NCBI GenBank assembly: GCA_009103225.1
Contig: RHPI01000797.1
Location: 495,064 to 559,063 of the forward strand
Reading direction: 5' to 3'
Origin: Chlorokybus atmophyticus
Lineage: Eukaryota; Plantae; Mesostigma and Chlorokybus algae
DNA: 64,000 bases
The notes below the pieces were generated by a model. It saw only the letters and a program-made list of their open reading frames with translations, was not told where the DNA came from and made no database searches. Shown here one piece after another: positions 15,071 through 26,419 of this stretch. Within the stretch, counting starts at the first letter, position 1. The number at the start of each line of letters is the position of its first letter. The translations under genes were made by a program, and so were the position numbers.

Positions 15071-16344
15071 TGTGGCACAACAAAGATTGCATATCTTGCA
15101 TGCAACAAGCAGACTAGCAGTCAGAATGTACATATTATATTCACAATCATCCACCACACTTCACAAAGCTCTATCATAGCTGAGTAGCTGACCTACCTAG
15201 CCTAGTAAACCTCTGTCTCTAACAAACTGCAAGCTTTCACGCAGAGCCTGCACATGACAAGTGCGCATTAGCGTGTGTGAGAATGCACGTGCGCCTGTGC
15301 GCGCGTGCGCACGCTCGTATGTGTGAGTGTGAGTGTATGCAATGTGCATGCGCACAAGCTTACAAGTTACTGACAGTTGTGACAAGCACGCTTGTGCTTG
15401 TCACAACTGCCAGTAACTTGTAAGTGCACGCGCACGTGCATGCCGTGAGGAACAGTCGGACTGTTCCTTTTGCAATGCGTGCGTGCGCGTGTGCGTACAC
15501 AAGTGTGTGTGAGTGTAAGTGTATGCGCGATTTGTATACATGGCACTATATGTGTTCGTTTGTGCATCTGTATCAGTGGCTATGCATACGAGACAGGCCT
15601 TGCACGCACCTTGCTGAATGGTGGGACTGACGGTGATTGTTGACAATCGAGGGCTGTCAAATAGCCCTTGATTGTTAAACGGACAGTCCAGGGTCAGCAA
15701 TCGAGGGTTGTCAGACAGGGCTTTCAAGAGGTCCTGTGTAACACAGAAGCAGCCGGCATCAGAGTTGGGTGGGATGCAATGCAAGCAGCCAACCCTGCTG
15801 TGTGTGCGCGCGCACACGTGCACGCACGCGTGTTGACATGCAAGACTGTTGATAAAGGTATGCACTTGCTTGTTGACACATACACATGCATATGATTGTT
15901 GCAAGACATGCACCGATTGTACACTTACTCACGTGCAGGGCCTGCGCGCATGTCGGGTGGTAACTTGACAGTCAATCCGACTGTCGAGACTCAACAGTCG
16001 AGGCTGTCAACAGGGCTGTCACATAGGTACGAACCCTGTGCATGTATGTGTCAGTATGTGCGACTATTGTTGTGTGCGTGTACGCATGCGTGCACCCTTG
16101 ATGAAATCTTGATTCATGCAGCACTTGCACGCGCGTGGCACACACATGGTGTGTATCACCTTTGCATTAAGTTATGTGCGCCTGCGCCTGCGTGCATGTC
16201 TAGGTGTGTGTGGCCGTGTCAATGTGTGTATGCATGTGCGCACGTGCGCGTGTAAAAAGTGTGCTGAAGTGTTTGCGAGTCTGCTAAAAGAAAGATACGC
16301 GCAATTATTGATGTGTGCCCCCCCCCCCCCCCACCCCCCCGAGC

Positions 16345-16924
16345 NNNNNNNNNNNNNNNNNNNNNNNNNNNNNNNNNNNNNNNNNNNNNNNNNNNNNNNN
16401 NNNNNNNNNNNNNNNNNNNNNNNNNNNNNNNNNNNNNNNNNNNNNNNNNNNNNNNNNNNNNNNNNNNNNNNNNNNNNNNNNNNNNNNNNNNNNNNNNNNN
16501 NNNNNNNNNNNNNNNNNNNNNNNNNNNNNNNNNNNNNNNNNNNNNNNNNNNNNNNNNNNNNNNNNNNNNNNNNNNNNNNNNNNNNNNNNNNNNNNNNNNN
16601 NNNNNNNNNNNNNNNNNNNNNNNNNNNNNNNNNNNNNNNNNNNNNNNNNNNNNNNNNNNNNNNNNNNNNNNNNNNNNNNNNNNNNNNNNNNNNNNNNNNN
16701 NNNNNNNNNNNNNNNNNNNNNNNNNNNNNNNNNNNNNNNNNNNNNNNNNNNNNNNNNNNNNNNNNNNNNNNNNNNNNNNNNNNNNNNNNNNNNNNNNNNN
16801 NNNNNNNNNNNNNNNNNNNNNNNNNNNNNNNNNNNNNNNNNNNNNNNNNNNNNNNNNNNNNNNNNNNNNNNNNNNNNNNNNNNNNNNNNNNNNNNNNNNN
16901 NNNNNNNNNNNNNNNNNNNNNNNN
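16345..16924. other. Assembly gap
   Basis: Run of N. Confidence 1.
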
Positions 16925-17744
16925 CCACTGTGCTGTGGGGGGGCTGTCGACAATGGCTGTAAGAAACTTCACCTGTTGTTGTGGTCGAGCAGAACGGAAG
17001 AGAGAACACACCCCTCACCAAAGCGCGTTTGTGCGCCCTCCAAGGGCCCGGCTATCCCCAAAGCACAAAAGTTTGAGCCTGACTTGCATGTATATGCACG
17101 TGCATGTGCCCGCATGTGTTGGTGTGCATGACTGCAACGCGCGGGGGGGGAGGGGGGGGGGGTCGACAATGACTGTAAGTAAACTCACTTGGTTGCTTGT
17201 TTGGCTATAGTGTCACACGTTAGAATGGGCCGTTGCTTTGCAGCCCAGCATTGGTTAGTGTGCGCGGCCTGTGCACGCGCATGTGTGCACATGCCGCGCA
17301 AGTGCATTCACCTCTGTGCACCTGTGCACGGTCTTGAGCATAAGCGTGTATGCTCATGTGTCTTCACTAACATAGACATGATGTGTGAAACACACAGGCG
17401 TGCTTGTGCCACACACATGCGTACACTTGCGCGCACACATAACACAAATTAATGCTCACCTGCAACTTGCAGGAATGGCAAGCGGTCCAAGTTGTTGAAG
17501 TCTTATTCACAGCTGCTCCGCTTCACATTCGCTCCTGTCGCCACTCGCTGCAGCCTGCAATTGGTGGTTTGAAACCATGTAAGTTAGCAGCACCAAGTAG
17601 GAGACTGTGCAGGACAGCCAAGGCATCAAGCTATGCATAGGCAGCATGTGGTGGTGTCTATCAGCTGCTGAAGCCCCAAAACACATATTCGGTTTATCAA
17701 CATTGTCAACTGTTGTGACAACCATGTGTCAACACTGGTGTACA

Positions 17745-18120
17745 CAGCAACTGCGTATGCTTGCGTGCACATGTGTATGAGTATGCGTGCATGCATGTGT
17801 GCTTGACATGTGGGTTTGACTGCCTTAAAACCGATAGTCCTCGACTGTCAGCTAACCCTATATGGTTGGCTCGACTGTCGGCCAACCTTGGAGGGTGTCG
17901 GCCAACCTTGGAGGGTATCAGCCAACCGGCTGATAGTCGAGGACTGGTGTATACAACATTTGCATATGCTTGCGTGCACATGTGTATGAGTATGCATGCA
18001 TGCAAGTGTGCTTGACATGTGTGTCAATTGCCTTGAAACCGACAGTCTTCGACTGTCAGCCAACCTTGGAGGGTTGGCTGACAGTGGAGGACTGTCGGTT
18101 GGGGCCAATTGACAGTTGAG
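17745..18120. repeat. Imperfect tandem duplication of about 210 bp containing GACAGTC/GACTGTC hairpin motifs
   Basis: GCTTGCGTGCACATGTGTATGAGTATGC...CCGAYAGTCYTCGACTGTCAGCYAACC occurs twice, starting at about 17758 and 17968. Confidence 0.8.
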
Positions 18121-18704
18121 GCTTGCAACTGCGGCTGTACGTGCTGCGATGGCTGTAGCTGCTGCGGCTGTTGCTGCGGCTTCACACGGTCACTACTGCT
18201 TCTGTAGCACGACAGCAAGGTTGTTTATTGTGCAATAGAAACAGCAGCAGTCGTAAACACAACAGCAAACTCTACAACAACATGCTACATGCAGACGACG
18301 GCAGCAGCAGCAACGGGTCAACAAAGAAGTTGAAAACAACGACAGTGTCAGCAAAGCGTACCAATGGTAGCAGCTGCTGCCGCTGTTACATTTTGCCGTT
18401 GCAGCAGCACTGCTACGTGCCACAGTGTGCATGCACAACACGACAATTACTGTGTGGCTGTTTGCTGTTGTTGGTTTGCTCGCTTAAAACGACTACGACA
18501 GCAAGCTGTTTGGCTCCAGCAATCGCTAGCTTTAGCTACCAACACCCACCGTCCGCCGCCGCCGCCGTCGCCGCCGCCGCTCCAGCGCTAGACGCCACCA
18601 CAACGACAGTCCTGCAGTGCTTTGGCACTGCCAGCTGTCAAACTCGCAGATGAAATCAACGCTGACGTGTACGGTTAAGGCTGACCTTGAGTCAGCATGC
18701 ACTC

Positions 18705-19200
18705 GTTCTATGTACGAACCATGCATGTAACGAATACGGGACCATGCTTGGTTCATACGTTAGGGTATGACACATTTGCACCCGTACAGTGCACATTACG
18801 TACGAGCCCATACATGTACCATGTACATGGTTCGTACATTAGGGTTTGAACAGCTGCACCATGTCGAAACGAGGGACCCTGAGAGCGCGCCATGCACGGT
18901 CCGTCCAGCTAAGAGCGCGGACCATGCATGATCCGTACGCCTGGTGACGGTCGGACCGGGGGAACGCCTGGTCCGGCAGCGGACCATACATGATCCGGAC
19001 ATTCGCCAAAAATTGGACCAGTATCGTAGCTGGGCCGGCCGCGAACCATGCATGGTGCGTGCTTGCGCGCCAGGTATCGGAGCCTCGAAAGGACCATGGA
19101 CGGTCCGTCCCCCGGGTACCAGGCACTCGTGGTCCTCGGGGGACGGACCATGTATGGCCCGCGGGGTCCGTGGAAGGACCATGCATGGTTCTTGAACGTC
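18705..19200. repeat. Second array of GGACCA-N4-TGGTCC-type palindromes, inverted relative to 14711-15070
   Basis: About 10 degenerate copies. The end GGACCATGCATGGTTCTTGAACGTCAA resembles the reverse complement of 14701-14730. Confidence 0.8.
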
Positions 19201-19207
19201 AAGCCGT

Positions 19208-19990
19208 GTGATACGCTGCACTTCGTCGCACCTTCCCACCTCAGACCACCAGCAAAGTCGAGGAGCTGAGATGGTTTCGACGCAAGCCCAACGACGCCCC
19301 TCCACACTGTACTCCACACTGGAAGGGCTGTTGAAGGACACTAACTACAAGATCATCAGTGACGAGAATGCTTCAGAGGTGTATGTCAATGAGTTGGATG
19401 CCACCTTGAGCAAGTCGACGCGCCTGACCCTAAACCACAGCAGGTCCCTTGGCTACACGCTCAAAAAAGCATTTGAGACTGCACAAGCCATTTACAAGCG
19501 CTTGGTGTATGAGAAGGCAGTGCTGGTAACCAACCGCAACGCCTCTCGGCCTGCAGCCTGCACAACTACTGAGCCTCGTCACCGCGAACGTGGCCGGACT
19601 ATCCACCAGCACGCGGCAAAGGGAAACGGTCAGCTCATACTGCTTTGTCTGCCCCTGTGCTGTGTCATTGCTGTGGACGGCATGGGCACTATTAAAGGGA
19701 GTGCATCGAAGAGTACTCAACCCTGGTGTGCAACTATTGTAAAAAGACTGGTCACTTGGAGTCGATCTGCTGGCTCAAGTTCCCTGAGTTGTGACCTGCT
19801 AACAGCTGCAGCAACAACAACTCTGGTGGCTACAACAGCAGCGACATTGGAGGCCACAACGGCAACAACCCTGGTGGCTACGATAGCAACCACACTAAAG
19901 GCCATAACAACGACAACAACTACGCCAGCGCTCGCAAGGAAGAACAAGGCTGCACGGGGAAGATTCGTCCTGCTCTGCGCAAGGGACTAA
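19208..19990 (+). other. 260-aa ORF of unknown function, possibly a retroelement gag/ORF1 remnant, with an A/T-rich low-complexity tail
   Basis: Helical-looking core (YSTLEGLLKDTNYKIISDENASEVYVNELDATLSKS...FETAQAIYKRLVYE). Lies between a repeat array and the decayed Gypsy. No diagnostic motif. Confidence 0.25.
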
Positions 19991-22510
19991 AAAGACGTCC
20001 GCGCGCTGCTGCTGTTGCCGCCAAGGCTCCAGCCAACCCACCAGCTGATCACCATATGGCTGCGCTTATGGCACGTATGGCACGCATGGTGGAAGACAAG
20101 GAGCAGGAATATCGCGCCAGCTTCTCTGCCCGATGGGCACTGATGGCTCCGAAGCGCGTAAGGGACACAAGCACTCCGTCACACGTTCAACCGTCTCGAC
20201 GAGTACGAGGGCAAGCCGCATCGTCAGCAGCTACCTCCGAAGCCACCAGTAGTGCTGCATCAGCAGCAACAGCCGCACCCGCTACGACGTCGATCCCGTC
20301 AACATTAGCAGTAACTACTCTAATTGCACCAGGAGTTGGGACACCAGTGGGCATCGTAACGCCAACAGTGGTGAGCACGATGGCAATAGCCATTGTTGCC
20401 ACCGACTCTGAGCAGTAGATCGCACCAGTGCCGCTCCAGCTACAAGAACACCTGTGTCAGCGAGCATTGAGACCACTCTTGCGCTACTAACGGGCACCAT
20501 CGCAATCACTGCCAGTGCCATCGTTAAGTCTGCTGACACTGCAGCAACGCGCGCAGCTACGTTGCCCGCCCTCGACGCCACTCAGACCGTCCCGCGAGGT
20601 TAGCAAGCTGAGCGCGCATGGGAGACCATGATGCGTGGAGCAGATACCACTACCACTGGTAGTGGGATTGCTAATAATCGCTGTATCGCTGTAATTGCTG
20701 ATAATGGCCTTGCTTTTGGGCAAGGAGGACAGCGCACCACGCGCGTTGAACGCAGTGATTGCATTTTCCCCCTATCAAAATATCACACCCTACCAATGCA
20801 GATCCAGCGGCCTCCCATGCGAGATCGCGTCTCTGTAGTGAGAACATTTGTTGTGCGGGAGTTGGCCCTGCAGCTGTTGTAGACTCTGCATAACAACATG
20901 CAGACCGCGCCACGCCAGTCCGCATAAGTCCGTCACGGGCCTTTGAGCCCAGTCCGCTGGACATGTATTCAGACCGGCAACTCAACGTGCAGCAACACAT
21001 CAGCGATGCAGCTAACATGCCTTTGGGTACCGACAACGCACTTAAAACCCTCACTACTCCTCGGCTTCACAAGCGCTACACCGTTTTGGAACAAGCGTTT
21101 ACCTGACGGCAGGATCAATTTGCAACCATCAATGCGCGAGCGCAAGCCCTTGCCGCTGCTCGTGCTTCCGTTCCCCAACTAACAAGTGCTGGACCATCGT
21201 CCAGCACGACACTCTCGCTATCGAAACCGACATTGACCACGCGAGGGCGCTGGCCCAACAGATAAGGGGGTTGACGCCCCGCTGCTACCCGCCTTGATGG
21301 AAGATTTGCTTGACGATCAACGTGATCAAGGGAGAGGCTACCTTACACCATAAGGGTGTACACAACGGGATGGAGCAGGCTTAGTTGGAGAACAGCAAGT
21401 TCGCATTGCCGTATTGCGACAAGCAACGATGCTACATCGACAAGAAGGCATCGGCCAAAGACAGATGATGAGGATGCGAGAAGGTGGCAATGGAGCGCGA
21501 GCGAGACTAGTGACTTGGCTAGTCACCAATCACCCCGCAGTCCCTTTGTTCGCACTTGGCCCCAGATTGTCATGGTTGGACGCCTTCCTTCGCTCGCTGC
21601 GGTAAGCCTATGACGAGGTGGCTTTGGCAGCCACTGACACCTTAAACCTTAAAAGGAGCTCAAGAGGTTAAATTGAGGTTGCCAGGAGTGGAAGCAACGC
21701 GATAACGCAGACGTATTGCAGCTGCTTATGAGCAGCATGTCCATCAGCCAGAGATCTACCTCATTGTGCGTGCACGAGCAACAACTGTGCTACAAGTGGG
21801 GGTGGTCAATGGCATGTCTGATGGGATGCTTACATGGCAGGGATGCTAAGGGTTCCCGCCATTACCCACGACATAAGAGTGCGGCGCCTGCGCGCAATGT
21901 ATCTTCAGCCCATGCCTTCAAACCACCGCTGGGGTGATGTAGTCAACAATCCAACAGCTACATGGGAAGGTACAGTGGTCAGGGAGGCGGCTCATGCTGT
22001 ACGCTGGACTTACATGAAAGAACAGGCTGCACGGGATGCGGGCCCATAAACACCCTGTCCTTAGGGTTTCCCCCACAGCAACTGGCCACGCCGCCAGGTA
22101 TGACCCCGGCCATACAGAGACACAATCTCCCTGCGCCACAGCCAGGGCAGCACTGCCAGCACCCAGGCCGCAGCGAGTATACCAACAGCCAAGACCATGA
22201 TGGTTCGGGCCAGGCTGCGGACAAGGATTTATTTCAAGACCCAGCCGATCGAGGTTCGCTTGCCGCACTGCGCTCGATACAACTGGAAGAGACTGCATCA
22301 GCAGTCACCTCACACAGACGCTACCGACGGTTCAAGCGTATGCGCATCAACGCCAACGCAGCCATGATTGCCAACAAAGGCAAGCATGTTACCATCAACG
22401 GTCGAGCACCCAACTTGATGCTGGACTCTGGAGTTTAGCCCGTCATCATCGGACGTTACCTCGCACACGACCTCGGCATCACCAGCGCTAAGCTGATGTC
22501 CTGCCCATAC

Positions 22511-24560
22511 CACCGCTAGAAGTGGGTTTCGGCAAATTAGGTTGGATCCGCAACTTTGTAATAAACGAAGCCGGACATTATTTGCGGAATTTGCAAAGTT
22601 TATGACGGATCTGTACATTTATTATAGCTGCAGCCGGAATTTTATTGCGACCTGTCACAAATGGCAATCCACCGGTGACGATTGTAAGTGGCGGATCCCC
22701 AACAGTGTTAAGGATTCAATGTTTACGTAATCAAGGGTTCAGGCCGTGAGAAAGACTTATATAAGTCGCAATTACAGTTGTGACCAATTTGTTAACGATG
22801 CGTCTTTACTCCCGAACGCAATTGAGGACTCGACAATAACATTATTATGCATTTAATGCATTCAATTTGCATGCTAAAGCTGTACACATCATCATTGAAA
22901 TTTTGACCCGTTTCATCAACGATACGAGACTTGATACTTAACAACTCGCAACGCTAAGATCGATCCTTCCATTGTTACAAACCATAATAATCTTACGACC
23001 ACATCATTGCCAAATTGCCAGTTCAACCCCGCGGCCTATCGATGGCTTGCCCCGCAGCCTGCTGGTAGCAGGCCGCGGGGCAAGCAAGTAGAAGGCTTGC
23101 ATGTATAATCATTGGTAAACCGTGGTAGCACATGAGGTAAACATGTAAAGACTTGACCTGAACTCCGCAACCAACCTTGCGCCAGCAGGTGACGCAGGGC
23201 GCATAATGCAAACCTTTACCGGTAAATTCGCGCTGTGATTGGACAAAACGGCAAGTCGAACAAAGTCTCCCTCCTCAAGTCACCTTTTAGTGGTAAAATC
23301 CACCTTCACCTTTATCTTTTTGATACAAATGGTATATATATGTAAATACCGCGGTGTATACATGGATATACAAGAATATATTTATATGTATGAGTATATA
23401 TGTATATGAATATAAGTATATATACGTATATGTACATATATATATATATGTATATATACATATACCGGTAGTGCCGTTGTATGCAGCTGTTGGTGCATGC
23501 ATTGGCACATGAGACAATTTGAAGCAGCTGTTGTAGGTTATATGTTTTACAAACGCGGTGTAGGGTGCCTCGTGTCGTCGTGGTCTAGCTGGTCGGTTGT
23601 CAGGTCGTATGATGTTGCTTGCTGATCCAACAGGTGCTGCCACGCGAGTTTAAAACTCGGAGATGCAGACACGAAAACCCGTATGCTGCGGCTCTTTTGG
23701 TTTTTCGCCGCGAACTGCGGCCATAACATTTCCTGGTTAGATCACGCATTAAGATTAATCTCCTTAGTACATGATCTAACCAAAAATTAGTTTAGGATGG
23801 GACTAGTATTAAGTTCAAGAAAAGACGGATACCGAACTTAATGCACACCAGCTAGTTAACCTTAATGGCAGCTCGATACCAAATAAAGTTGCGGCTGCAG
23901 CCGCAAAGAGTGCAAAAATGGGTATGTTGCTTGCATATGGATCCCTAATTAAGTTATAGCTGGATCTCCAATTAATTTGTAGGCAATGTCACAGCCCACT
24001 CGACCATAAAAGACTTGGTGCTTTTATGGTCGCTTTGTGGTGATTTAATGTACCTTCCCGTTACATTCCCACCCACTAAAGAACGCTGACGTCCTCGGCA
24101 GCTGGCGCTCATCAGCTGGGGAATCTTCCCAGGGGTCTGATTTAGGGTCGGTCACCGGCCCCACTACCCAAGCACCAGCCAATTTTAGGCCCATACCAGT
24201 CAACGCGCGCATAGCGCGCCGCTGCCGGCCCCACAGGTCGCGTCGCCGCAATAGGCAGGTCGCGCCCTGCCGCGCCGAATGACTGGTCAGTTCGGCGCGA
24301 CTGCCATTAGGCAAGTCGCGACCCATCGATGATGGTACTTATAAAGAGACCATTTACGATGTTATTAGATCGAGAAACAACGACCGCGGAATTTGTGTGC
24401 AAGGCAGGAATCGAACACGGGTCTCAAGCTCCGATGACCAATGTCACAGCCCACTCGACCATAAAAGACTTGGCACTTTTATTAGGTCGATTTGTGGTCA
24501 TATAACGTACCTTCCCGTTACAGGCAAGGCCGAACTGTGGGGGGGCCATTTCTACCGGTG
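22511..24560 (+). mobile_element. Non-autonomous CACTA/CMC-like TIR element, copy 1 (about 1.5 kb plus nested TRIM); strand arbitrary
   Basis: 15-bp TIRs CACCGCTAGAAGTGG / CCATTTCTACCGGTG (2 mismatches); 3-bp TSD TAC; internal (AT)n tract; no coding capacity seen. Confidence 0.85.
23987..24522 (-). mobile_element. TRIM family 2, complete copy
   Basis: LTRs 24522-24442 and 24065-23987 (TGTAACGGG...CTGTGACA); PBS TTGGTCATCGGAGC; PPT TAGTGGGTGGGAA; 5-bp TSD GGCAA. Confidence 0.92.
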
Positions 24561-25178
24561 TACGTGCGACACAGCAATCGGCAGCTGCGACAGGTGATTG
24601 GCATTACCAAGCACGCCCTTTGCATTTGCTTCACAGGTTGGACCCTTCCCACAGCATCGAGATCATACAAAACTGCGCGGTCACCGACGCGGGATCCTTT
24701 AACCTGCTGCTGGGACAGGACTTTAACTTTCCTGTTGGCATGGGGCTGGATTGCTGGACAGAGAAGGCATGGTTTTGTCCCCATTGGAAAGAGGAGAATG
24801 GAGAGGGATACTTGCTTGTCGAGCTAGTGGCTCGCACTCGCTCTCACCAAAGGTCGGCTGCAACAGCCACCTACAAGTCGGCTGCGACAACCATTGTCAG
24901 GTTGGAGACAGAGGCCACCCACAACCTTGTCATGGTTGTGGGTGGCCTCTGCCTGCCAAGGATTCTCCTATCTCATTCAATTAATCCTAGCAGGATGCCA
25001 CTGAAAAAGTGGCCCACCATCTGAACGCCGTTGGTGCGCACAAGTGGTCGCACATCTACTGACCAGACCATGGCTCACTGCACGGTTCCCCCGCTACAAG
25101 GACCAAGCTGTTGTCCAAGAGCAATAGCAGGTGGCCACTGGAGTAGTGGAGTTCCATGTGTTTCGCTGACAACAAGGC

Positions 25179-26130
25179 TTCATTGTATTGGAACTGTTTG
25201 GAGGCATAGGTAGTGGCCTCGCCGCTGTCCTCAACACCGGCGCGACGGTCACCAAGTAACTCTACTGTGACCTTGATCCACACGCACAGATTGCCCTGAG
25301 CCACCACTTGCGCCGCCTACACGAGTGCTACCCGCAGCAGCTGCCACTGTCGTCACTGCAAGGCAGTCCGAAGGCACTGCCACATGACATCCCTTTTAAA
25401 AATGCGGATTACCTTCTGGCTGTAGGCAACATTGACTTGCAGGGTGGGAGTGTCAAGGACACTCTAGAGCAGGCAGAGGCCAAAGAGTCTCTAATGCTCG
25501 CTCGCAACTGTTCTGAGAGCTGATGCGCGTTATTGAACTCTTGCAGAACAACCAGACTTTTAGGCCTCTTGGGTACATCATCGAGAACGTGCACTTCGAG
25601 GACGATAAGCGTTATCATGTGGCCAACAGCTTTCAACAGGTGTGCTTCTTGCTGAGGCATCCTCTCAAGATCAAAGCAGCGTGTCATGGATCCCGTACTA
25701 ATCGCGTCCGCGCTAAGTGGACCAGCCTGGCCACAATGGAGGATCTCTTTGCTGCTAAGCATCTGCATAGCAATCGACCACGCGGTCTCACCATTGATGC
25801 TATCTTGGACCCTTGGCGCACAGCACAACCGATCACGTGACACGATCACGAGCACTTATATCAGTGCAATCAGCCTGGTCGACCGCGCCGTGCGCTCCCC
25901 GCTCTAGTGTCTTACCCATGTTAATATGCCTTCCGCAACGGAGGCAACGGCACGGTGTTGGATTTTAGCACAGGCCGATTGGAGGAACCCAACGCTCATG
26001 AGCGCAAACGCGCCATGAGATTTTGTTTAGCTAGTATCACAGGTTCCATGCTGACCGACAGCCAGCAGTGTCAGTTGTTGGGGTGCGCCATCGACCATCA
26101 CAGCATGGTGTGGTTGTTGAAGATGTGCTT
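25179..26130 (+). pseudogene. C5 cytosine DNA methyltransferase domain within Gypsy pol
   Basis: Motif I VLELFGGIGSGL (25185-25220); after a frameshift, motif IV AGWECQGHSRAG (Cys codon 25451-25453); RSQLF*ELMRVI; motif VI YIIENV (ENV 25583-25591); motif VIII AACHGSRTNRVRAKWTSL; motifs IX/X EEPNAHERKRAMRF...QCQLLGCAID. In-frame stops at 25257, 25514, 25838 and about 25920. Confidence 0.9.
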
Positions 26131-26419
26131 TGCTCTCCAGGACCGCCATGTGTCCTTTTAGGAGCTCGAACACCTGCCAGGTGTTCGAGCTCCGGCCAGT
26201 GGCCGGGGGGTGGGTTGATCACGTTCGAGAGATCAAAGCGGCACGCATTGCCCTCGAGATCGCCCATATGGAGGAGCAGGCAGCAATTACTGTGGAGGAC
26301 ATTCCCGTGATCGCAATGCTACCTCCAGGTCCCATGCCATTGGACCGCTGGCTACAGGCCAGACACGTGAACTACAACTCGAAGCCCTCCTCAACAAGTG
26401 GAGGAGCCAGTTTAGCTTG

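Larger units (their letters stand above)
22380..24830 (+). pseudogene. Retropepsin-type protease of the DNMT-Gypsy, split by the 22511-24560 insertion
   Basis: N-terminal half VTINGRAPNLMLDSGV; C-terminal half after 24561 includes AVTDAGSFNLLLGQDFNFPVGMGLDCWTEKAWFCPHW. Confidence 0.75.

Noticed and set aside
14711-19200. CRISPR-like repeat-spacer array
   Set aside because: Eukaryotic context, degenerate repeats, irregular spacing and no cas genes.
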